From: Nitrospirota bacterium | GTDB taxonomy: Bacteria > Nitrospirota > UBA9217 | Direction of reading: 5' to 3' | DNA length: 64,000 nt | Assembly: GCA_963751455.1 (NCBI GenBank) | Contig: CAVVUN010000015.1 | Location: forward strand, 544,001-608,000 | Shown: one piece after another, positions 56,827-64,000 of the stretch | Layout: every line of letters begins with the position of its first letter | Numbering within the stretch: the stretch's first letter is position 1 | Made by a program: the position numbers and the translations under genes | Notes under the pieces: generated by a model | What the model saw: only the letters and a program-made list of their open reading frames with translations | Database searches by the model: none | What the model was told of the DNA's origin: nothing

Positions 56827-59093
56827 CCAAGAGTCAACCACGAAGTGCTTTTTGGTTGATGATCTTCATAGTATTGATCGTACCTCTCCACGGATGCGCC
56901 GGGAAACCATCTCCCGGGAAGCAGCCTGCCCAGATCGTTCCCATCAATACCATAGAATCGCGGGAGACGGACGGAAAAACGGAAATCGTGGTCGAAGCTG
57001 CGGAACCTATTCAGCAGTACACCTCATTCCAGCTTACCGAGCCTCTCAGGCTGATCGTCGATATATCGGACGCAGATATAAGAGAATTACAGAACAAGAT
57101 ACCTGTCGGCAAGGGTCCTGTTGAAGACATCGTTCCCACGCAGATGGACAATATAGCCAGACTCGAGATAGGACTGAAGCAGGCTGCGGACAGCAAGCTT
57201 TACCAGTCAGGCGGGAAACTGATAATAGAAATTGTCAAGATTGCCGAAGAGCCGGCGCCGGCAGAGGCTGTGAAGCCTGAAGAGCGTCCCGCGGAGCAGG
57301 CGCAGACTGAGGCAAAAGCAACCGCAACCGTAGTATCGGCAGTACGAGCCACGGCTGGCAAAGAAGGCGTAAAAGTGGTGATTACCGCAAACGGCACGAT
57401 GGTGCCGAATACCTTTATGGTGGAAGGGAAAAAACTTGTCGTTGACATTCCCGGGACGAGCAGCACGGTCAGGCCGAGCGTTATCCCGGTAAGAAAAGGC
57501 GGTCTTGACAAGGTGCGTGTCGGTCAACACGCGCCTCCTGAGCAGAAAGTGCGGGTGGTGCTCGATCTTACCAAGCCGATGACGTATACGACCGCGCAGG
57601 AAGAGAATACAGTCACAATCACATTGACCCCGGCTCCCGCTGAAAAGGCCGGGGAAAAAATTCCTCAGGAAAGAGCAGCGGCCAAGCAAACGGAAAAAGC
57701 TCCGCTCACAGAGAAAGAAGCACAGCCGGTTCAGCCGCCGGAGACCCGGGCCGAAGCCCCGGCTGTTGAAGAGCCGGCTGCGGCAGCAGAAATAAAGAGT
57801 GAACCCGCAAACCTCATCGGACGGGGAAAATATTCAGGGCGAAGGATATCGCTCGACCTGCAGGATGCCGACTTGATCAATGTGCTCCGGCTCTTCGCCG
57901 ATGTCGCAAACCTCAACATAATCCTTGCGCCCGACGTTAAAGGCCGCGTCACGGTCCGCATGGTCAATATTCCCTGGGACCAGGCGATGGACATAATCTT
58001 GAAGATGAATGGTCTCGGTTTCGCGCTCGAAGACAATATTCTCAGGATCGCCTCGGTCGGAGCAATCACGCGGGAGGCCGAGGAAGAGTTAAGGGCAAAG
58101 GAAGCCAAGAAAAAGGCTGAAGATCTGGTGACCAGGGTCGTTTCCATTAATTACGCCAAGGCGTCCGATATAAATTCAACGCTCAAAAAATCATTATCGC
58201 CTCGCGGTGATACGGTTGTCGACGAGAGGACCAACACGATCATCATCAAGGACATTGCCCGCAGCGTTGATGAAGTGCTCACCCTGATAAAGCTGCTTGA
58301 TAAAGCGATTCCGCAGGTGATGATCGAAGCCAGAATCGTGGAAGCGTCTACGTCTTTTACCCGTGATATAGGGGTACAATGGGGCGGTACCAGCAGATCA
58401 GATGCAGCTCACGGTAATGCCACAGGCTTTACGTTCCCCAATTCCGTCGCGGTCACCGGTGGCCCCTCTATGGGAGAAACACCATCAGGGGCGGGAAATT
58501 TTTTTGTAAACATGCCTGCAGGGGCCGGCGAGGGCGCTGGGGGAGCTATCGGGTTTACCTTCGGCTCGCTGACCAAGTCGCTGAATCTTGATCTCGTTTT
58601 GTCGGCGATGGAATCGACGGGCGAAGGCAAGGTTATTTCGACCCCGCGTGTCAGCGCCCTTGACAACAAAGAGGCAAAGATACAGCAAGGCCAGTCCATT
58701 CCTTATACTACCAGTTCGGCAGGGGGCACACAGGTCCAGTTTATTGAAGCGAACCTTGCGCTGACCGTTACCCCGCACGTAACGCCGGATAATAAGATTT
58801 TCATGAAGATTCAGGCGACCAAGAATGCACCCGACACCTCGCTTCTCGGAGCCGGCGGCCAACCGTCCATACGAAGAAATGAAGCGACCACGGAGATTCT
58901 GCTGTCCGACGGCGAGACTGCGGTAATCGGCGGGATCCTGATACTCGACCGCGGCGAGACCATCCAGAAAGTGCCGTTCTTCGGAGATATACCGCTTATC
59001 GGATGGCTGTTCAAAAAGAAAACAAACAGGGATGATAAAAGAGAACTGCTTATCTTTATAACGCCCAGAGTCATCAAGCAGGAAGCCATATAG
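56823..59093 (+). CDS. pilQ: Type IV pilus secretin PilQ (two AMIN-like domains)
   Basis: ISLDLQDAD, PWDQA, DERTN, QVMIEARIVE, KVPFFGDIPLIGWLFK, ELLIFITPRVI. Confidence 0.96.
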   Translation: MTKSQPRSAFWLMIFIVLIVPLHGCAGKPSPGKQPAQIVPINTIESRETDGKTEIVVEAAEPIQQYTSFQLTEPLRLIVDISDADIRELQNKIPVGKGPVEDIVPTQMDNIARLEIGLKQAADSKLYQSGGKLIIEIVKIAEEPAPAEAVKPEERPAEQAQTEAKATATVVSAVRATAGKEGVKVVITANGTMVPNTFMVEGKKLVVDIPGTSSTVRPSVIPVRKGGLDKVRVGQHAPPEQKVRVVLDLTKPMTYTTAQEENTVTITLTPAPAEKAGEKIPQERAAAKQTEKAPLTEKEAQPVQPPETRAEAPAVEEPAAAAEIKSEPANLIGRGKYSGRRISLDLQDADLINVLRLFADVANLNIILAPDVKGRVTVRMVNIPWDQAMDIILKMNGLGFALEDNILRIASVGAITREAEEELRAKEAKKKAEDLVTRVVSINYAKASDINSTLKKSLSPRGDTVVDERTNTIIIKDIARSVDEVLTLIKLLDKAIPQVMIEARIVEASTSFTRDIGVQWGGTSRSDAAHGNATGFTFPNSVAVTGGPSMGETPSGAGNFFVNMPAGAGEGAGGAIGFTFGSLTKSLNLDLVLSAMESTGEGKVISTPRVSALDNKEAKIQQGQSIPYTTSSAGGTQVQFIEANLALTVTPHVTPDNKIFMKIQATKNAPDTSLLGAGGQPSIRRNEATTEILLSDGETAVIGGILILDRGETIQKVPFFGDIPLIGWLFKKKTNRDDKRELLIFITPRVIKQEAI

Positions 59094-59319
59094 TGTAAGG
59101 ATCTGGATTAGTGGACCAGACACGAAGACATGAGAAAGAAAGCCTAAACAGATTTTATTAGTCAAGTTTTTTTCATGCAAGTGTCTTAGCCGTAATTCCG
59201 TTTAATTATTTGGGGATTTAATTACACAGTTATTGACAAAAAGTGCGGTCATTTAAGCGGCCCGACAACACTGATTCTCAGTTGTGATGTGAAAACAAAG
59301 AGTTGGAATGAACATATTC

Positions 59320-59335
59320 TGGCATTCAAGTTGCA
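59320..59335 (+). promoter_or_regulatory. sigma54 (-24/-12) promoter
   Basis: TGGCATTCAAGTTGCA, 30 bp upstream of the ATG at 59365. Confidence 0.7.
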
Positions 59336-59364
59336 AAAATCCGCAATAACGCGAGGTTGGCAAA

Positions 59365-59883
59365 ATGAAGCTGACTGTGAAAATTATCTCTCTTTTCGTT
59401 CTGCTGTCGCTTGCATCACCCGTGCTCTTTCTTAAAGGCTGTGGAGAAACACTGAACGGCGGAGCATGCGGCGGATGTCCTGACAGTTCGGCACCAATCG
59501 GGTCCATAATGATAGCTCCCGAACTGGCTTCGGCTACGATAAATACGGATGGGGCAGCTTGTTCTTCCGCCGTTTCTTTTCAACTCACGGACGCGGATGG
59601 AGCGCCCTTAAATAATCTTTGCGTGGAAATATTTACGAATGCCTTTGTCGCATTACATAATTCAGGGATTGAATGCAACGCGCATCCTGCTTCGGATTTT
59701 TATACGTATATAAGGACAAGAACGAACGACCAAGGAGTCGTATCGCTCGATTTCCTGATCGCTTCTCCTTGTTCCGTATTAGGCACAGGTGCAACCACCG
59801 GGTCCTTCTGGGTGCACGCTGTATCGTGTTCAGCAAGTGCGTCTGCGACTGCCGACGTGACCATAAACGGCACATGCCCGTAG
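59365..59883 (+). CDS. Cys-rich exported (lipo)protein with an Ig-like beta fold
   Basis: Signal peptide with LKGC; nine Cys; FQLTDADGAPL...RTNDQGVV (Big_1-like). Confidence 0.75.
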   Translation: MKLTVKIISLFVLLSLASPVLFLKGCGETLNGGACGGCPDSSAPIGSIMIAPELASATINTDGAACSSAVSFQLTDADGAPLNNLCVEIFTNAFVALHNSGIECNAHPASDFYTYIRTRTNDQGVVSLDFLIASPCSVLGTGATTGSFWVHAVSCSASASATADVTINGTCP

Positions 59884-59929
59884 ATGCTAAAAAAAGCACA
59901 ACGACTTGCCAGGCTTAAGGGAGACGGTT

Positions 59930-62900
59930 ATGAAGATAAAGAGTTTAATGTCGTTCCTTCTTTTACTGGGATTAGTGGCGGGATGTTCAGGATACAGAGA
60001 AGCGGGAAGCGGACAATCCGACGGCAACAAGCGGCAAAAACTCGAAGGAAGCGAAATCGTTATATCCGTGCCTACCGGGTCGACCTCTCCTGCTTCAGAA
60101 GACCAGCAGAATCCCCAGGTCATCTATTTACAGGACAAAAATCTCTGGTTTGCCGTGTATGAAGACTGGCGAGACCGGTTGACCACAGGAGCCGATATAA
60201 GAGGAAGGTTCATCAAGAGCGACGGCACATTTTGCGGCAATGAGCTGACAATAACGAATGCGTCGGGCAATCAGACTGCTCCTCGGGCCGCATACCGGGA
60301 TGGCGGAACCCAGACAGTTTCAGGGGACACTACAGACCAGGTTGTGGTCGTGTGGCAGGATGAACGGCCGAATTACGTTCACTATGCAAAGATCACCAGT
60401 TTACCCACTTCTTCGTCATGCACAGCGCCAACCATAACCGCGGGTCCGGCGGCAGGCATCGGTTTTAATGGAACCAAAGAGTGGGATTTTACCATAGCAA
60501 ACAATCCAGCAAGCCAAAATGTCGGAGTCTGGGATGGAATTACGAGCAACGCGACAGGCACTCTATATGCCAGTCTATATAATCCGATCACACCGGGAAG
60601 CATATCAATAGTCAATGGTGCACAGACCCTGACTGACAACGGCCTTGGAAGCATGGCCGGCAATGGAACCGGAGATATCGACTACGTTACAGGTGTCTTA
60701 TCGTTTACATTCGCATCACCTCCCGCGAACGGCAGCACAGCAACCGTAAGCTACCAATATCAAACGTATAGCTACGATACTGTGCCAATCAGCAGTGTCA
60801 GTACCGGAGTTATCGCTTCCCTGGCATTTAATGATGCGGCCAACACGATCACAAGAGGTTCCGGCAATTTCAGGGCTGACGGAATAGCAAAAGGAAGCCT
60901 GATCTGGACAAGTTCGGGATCCTTGGGCAATGGAGGCCCATTTCTTGTATCAGCTGTGACGACTACTGTTTTAACAGTGATAACTACGACTGGTGGAAAC
61001 CCGGTTCTTACGACCGTTACAGAGACAAATGTATCGGTTACGTCTGATGACGGCTTGTTATCGAGAACACTGCCAAAAATAGCATATGACAACGTCCGGG
61101 ATCGTTTCTGGCTGGTATGGAATGAGTCGAGGGGCACGCTGAACAGGATATCAGAACTATGTTTCCGTTACTCACCTCACTCATATACGTTCGGAGACAA
61201 TTCCTTCCCGGGATATGTCATGCTGGACGGCAGCAGCCTTGCCGAACTCGTGAATAAGATCGGTATCGCCGGCGCAGATATAGTCCGGAATGATGACGTA
61301 ATAAATCAATACAGGTCCAGAACGAACAGGGAGATCGCACAGGCTCACGGAGCCCTCATCGAAACCCATCAGTATGAATATTTTACATCGATAAACAATA
61401 TCAACGTTGCGGCCGACTCAACAGGGGCCGAGACGTTTTTGGTCTTTCAAGGGGTTCGCAAAAAAGGAACTCTTACCTGCACATGCTCGGATAAGGACAG
61501 CAGTGAATCGTGCAACGGCGAACCCGTAACTTCAAGTTTCGAGACGGAAAATTCTGACGGCGGGTATGTGCATGTGTACGGATTATTCGATAAAGAGATT
61601 TCGCAAGAGGTCATTTACTCGCAAAAGCTTGACGACAGCACTTCAAGCGATTCCTATTATCCGGCACTTGGTTTTGATCCCATCACAAAGAAATTTCTTG
61701 CGACATGGGAAGACCTGAGGGACGGCGCCGATACGAAGATATACGGTCAGCTGATCTATTCGGGCGGCGGTCTTTATAATTCCAATATGTTGATTACCTT
61801 TCAAGACACGGATGGCGACGGCATACAGGATGACAATGTCGCAGCCTCGAAGCAGACGAAGCCCTATGTTTCCTATGATTCGGTCAATCAGAGATATTTT
61901 GTCATTTGGGAAGACGCCAGAAACGGCGGACTGCAGAACCTCGATGTTTTCGGACAATATGTGGATGCAGAGGGCTCCATACGAGGTTCCAATTACTCTA
62001 TATCCATAGCGCCGTCAAACCAGTATAATCCTACCATCGCGTATAATTCTCAGAATAATCAGTTTCTTGCGGTTTGGAAGGATGCGAGAAACAATACAAC
62101 AACTGCTTCCGATGTTTATGGCCAGAGATATTCACTCGGTCAGCCGCAGCTGACCCTCCTCAAAACGGACAATACCACGCTGTCTCCTCTTCTCATGAAT
62201 TTCGATACCGTCACTGTCGGTCAGATCGTCACCAAGCAATTCAAGATAAGAAATACCGGAGATACGTCCCTCAAAATAGACTGTTTGACTACTCCTACAG
62301 GAACGAATTCTCCTTTCTCACATCAGAGTCTGGCTTCGGAACTTCAGACTTGTGAAGGGACGTACGCCAGCGGTACCTATATTCAGCTTACTCCCGACAA
62401 TACCAGCGCCGGAGATTATATTCTCTCGGTACAATTTCAGCCTGTGGCTGTGGGGACGTATACGTCGGCTTTCACGATTCAGTCTGACGCAGAGATAAAG
62501 ACGGTGAACCTGCAAGGGCAGGCAGTCGGCATGACCGTTTCACCATCAAGCATCAGCTTCTCCGACACTGCATCCGGTCAATATGTGGACCAGACAGTTG
62601 TCATTACCAATAATTCAACCGATACCACATTCAGTGTCACCAGCATATCCGGGGCGGTCGCACCTTTCAGCATTCCGAGTCCGCCGGCATTTCCTGCATC
62701 GCTCGATCCGGGAGGTCAGTTGCAGTTTACGGTACGATTTTCACCCACGGGCAGTCCGCCGGTTGCCGGCACCCAGTATTCCGGTACGCTAACCATATCA
62801 ACCAGTCTTGCGGCCCTGAATAAAACAGTGACCGTGAGCGGCAAAGCCACTCCCTCGACATTTACACTGTTATCGGGATTGACGACCCTGACCACCGGAA

Positions 62901-64000
62901 CTACGCTTGATTTCGGATCTGTTGCGGCAAATACCGTTGCTGCCAAAGCCATTACGCTCAGAAACAGCAGTACGACTTCCTCCATTACAGTGGAAAGCGT
63001 GACCGTGAGCGGTACCGGTTTTCAGCTCGAAAACAAGACAATGCCGTTCACGATAAACGCAAACAGCTCTGACACGATAACCATTAATTTTTTACCCACG
63101 GATATCACCGCCTACTCCGGTTCGGTTCAAATCAACAGCAGCGGAGGAACCAATACATTCAACCTGAGCGGCGAGGGCACCGGTCCGAAAATAGCGCTGT
63201 CCCAGGGCAGTATAGACTTCGGTTCAGTCAAAACAGGAAGTTCGAAATCCATCAGCATAACGGTAACGAACATCGGCAGTTCAAATATGACCCTTTCAAC
63301 GATCTCTACGCTCTCGTCCCAGTTTACGAGAACCTATACGGGGACGCTGCCTGCAACAATTGCCCCGAACGGCGTATTTACGGTCTCCGTAATCTTTGCG
63401 CCGACCGTTGCAGGAACGCTTAACTCATCTTTCAGCATATCAACCGATGCGTCGAACGGCACGGTGCAGACAATCAATGTTCAGGGCACGGGCACGGCCT
63501 CCGTGGTAAACATCAGCCCCAATCTGATCGCCTTTGGTGCCACTGCCCCCGGAACTACGAACAATATGAATATGAGCGTAACGAACAACGGTACCGCTGA
63601 TGTTCAAATTCTGCGCTTTAATACGCCCAGTGCACCATTTAGTATAGCGAGTCCGCCGGCAACACCCTATACGTTGGCGGCGGGTTCGACGTTGAATGTG
63701 GTAATTGACTTCACGCCTGTAACTGCGGGCGCATTCAGCTCATCCATCGGCATACTCTTTGACTCGGATGTAACCACGACTTTTTACACGGTAACGGGAC
63801 TAGGCCAAACATCGGGATCCTCTGTTAGTGATATAGAGTTCCAGGAGGCAGGGACAGCAGTTGCTTCCCTAGATTTCGGCAATGTGTTGCCCGGCACGTT
63901 AGATGCTAAAACGATTACGCTCAAAAATAATACGACGAACTCTATTACCATCAATACGGCTTCGATGACAGGCACGGGATTCACGACTTCATTTGGTACA
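59930..64000 (+). CDS. 3'-partial giant surface lipoprotein: WEDxR repeat (propeller-like) region plus at least six choice-of-anchor D/ASH-like Ig repeats
   Basis: ATG 59930 MKIKSLMSFLLLLGLVAGC. No stop was found in the segments translated, the ORF is absent from the track (consistent with no stop in the window), and the frame is still open at 64000. Repeats YEDWR/WQDER/WEDLR/WEDAR/WKDAR, then LxFGxV...ITxxN units. Confidence 0.85.
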   Translation, partial: MKIKSLMSFLLLLGLVAGCSGYREAGSGQSDGNKRQKLEGSEIVISVPTGSTSPASEDQQNPQVIYLQDKNLWFAVYEDWRDRLTTGADIRGRFIKSDGTFCGNELTITNASGNQTAPRAAYRDGGTQTVSGDTTDQVVVVWQDERPNYVHYAKITSLPTSSSCTAPTITAGPAAGIGFNGTKEWDFTIANNPASQNVGVWDGITSNATGTLYASLYNPITPGSISIVNGAQTLTDNGLGSMAGNGTGDIDYVTGVLSFTFASPPANGSTATVSYQYQTYSYDTVPISSVSTGVIASLAFNDAANTITRGSGNFRADGIAKGSLIWTSSGSLGNGGPFLVSAVTTTVLTVITTTGGNPVLTTVTETNVSVTSDDGLLSRTLPKIAYDNVRDRFWLVWNESRGTLNRISELCFRYSPHSYTFGDNSFPGYVMLDGSSLAELVNKIGIAGADIVRNDDVINQYRSRTNREIAQAHGALIETHQYEYFTSINNINVAADSTGAETFLVFQGVRKKGTLTCTCSDKDSSESCNGEPVTSSFETENSDGGYVHVYGLFDKEISQEVIYSQKLDDSTSSDSYYPALGFDPITKKFLATWEDLRDGADTKIYGQLIYSGGGLYNSNMLITFQDTDGDGIQDDNVAASKQTKPYVSYDSVNQRYFVIWEDARNGGLQNLDVFGQYVDAEGSIRGSNYSISIAPSNQYNPTIAYNSQNNQFLAVWKDARNNTTTASDVYGQRYSLGQPQLTLLKTDNTTLSPLLMNFDTVTVGQIVTKQFKIRNTGDTSLKIDCLTTPTGTNSPFSHQSLASELQTCEGTYASGTYIQLTPDNTSAGDYILSVQFQPVAVGTYTSAFTIQSDAEIKTVNLQGQAVGMTVSPSSISFSDTASGQYVDQTVVITNNSTDTTFSVTSISGAVAPFSIPSPPAFPASLDPGGQLQFTVRFSPTGSPPVAGTQYSGTLTISTSLAALNKTVTVSGKATPSTFTLLSGLTTLTTGTTLDFGSVAANTVAAKAITLRNSSTTSSITVESVTVSGTGFQLENKTMPFTINANSSDTITINFLPTDITAYSGSVQINSSGGTNTFNLSGEGTGPKIALSQGSIDFGSVKTGSSKSISITVTNIGSSNMTLSTISTLSSQFTRTYTGTLPATIAPNGVFTVSVIFAPTVAGTLNSSFSISTDASNGTVQTINVQGTGTASVVNISPNLIAFGATAPGTTNNMNMSVTNNGTADVQILRFNTPSAPFSIASPPATPYTLAAGSTLNVVIDFTPVTAGAFSSSIGILFDSDVTTTFYTVTGLGQTSGSSVSDIEFQEAGTAVASLDFGNVLPGTLDAKTITLKNNTTNSITINTASMTGTGFTTSFGT

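Overview
This 64 kb window is a bacterial chromosome segment from a diderm anaerobe. It has BamD, Lgt/LspA, a PilQ secretin, NfnAB and an anaerobic Ni-CODH; a Nitrospirota or Desulfobacterota-like lineage is my inference from gene style only. (1) 1-9.3 kb is accessory: a partial Schlafen/HATPase-type gene, an orphan XRE HTH, a symmetric TGTTCA/TGAACA site array, and a 1078-aa MalT-like STAND ATPase-TPR-SARP/BTAD regulator divergent from two tandem paralogous multi-repeat lipoproteins, the first frameshifted. (2) 9.4-39.8 kb is mostly housekeeping: PBP1A, ileS-lspA-lgt-rluD, an rlmN-like gene, dtd (internal TGA), a REC-GGDEF protein, tRNA-Leu(CAG), bamD, a ~1390-aa PlsA/Ger-like double-activase protein, a cold-shock protein, tsaD, DAHP synthase and glgC. 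(3) 40.3-51.7 kb is a redox cluster: nfnAB, a broken DUF3786 gene, HydC/HydB/extra HydB-C-terminal module/cofactor-less NuoG-like subunits, and cooS. (4) An IS481 element sits in a decayed hemolysin-III gene. (5) A MerR-type HTH precedes pilMNOPQ, followed by a sigma54-type promoter, a Cys-rich lipoprotein and a giant lipoprotein that runs off the window. Two MITE-like families are present, three of their four copies with exact target-site duplications, along with several periodic palindromic repeat arrays. All calls come from motif reading; no database searches were run.
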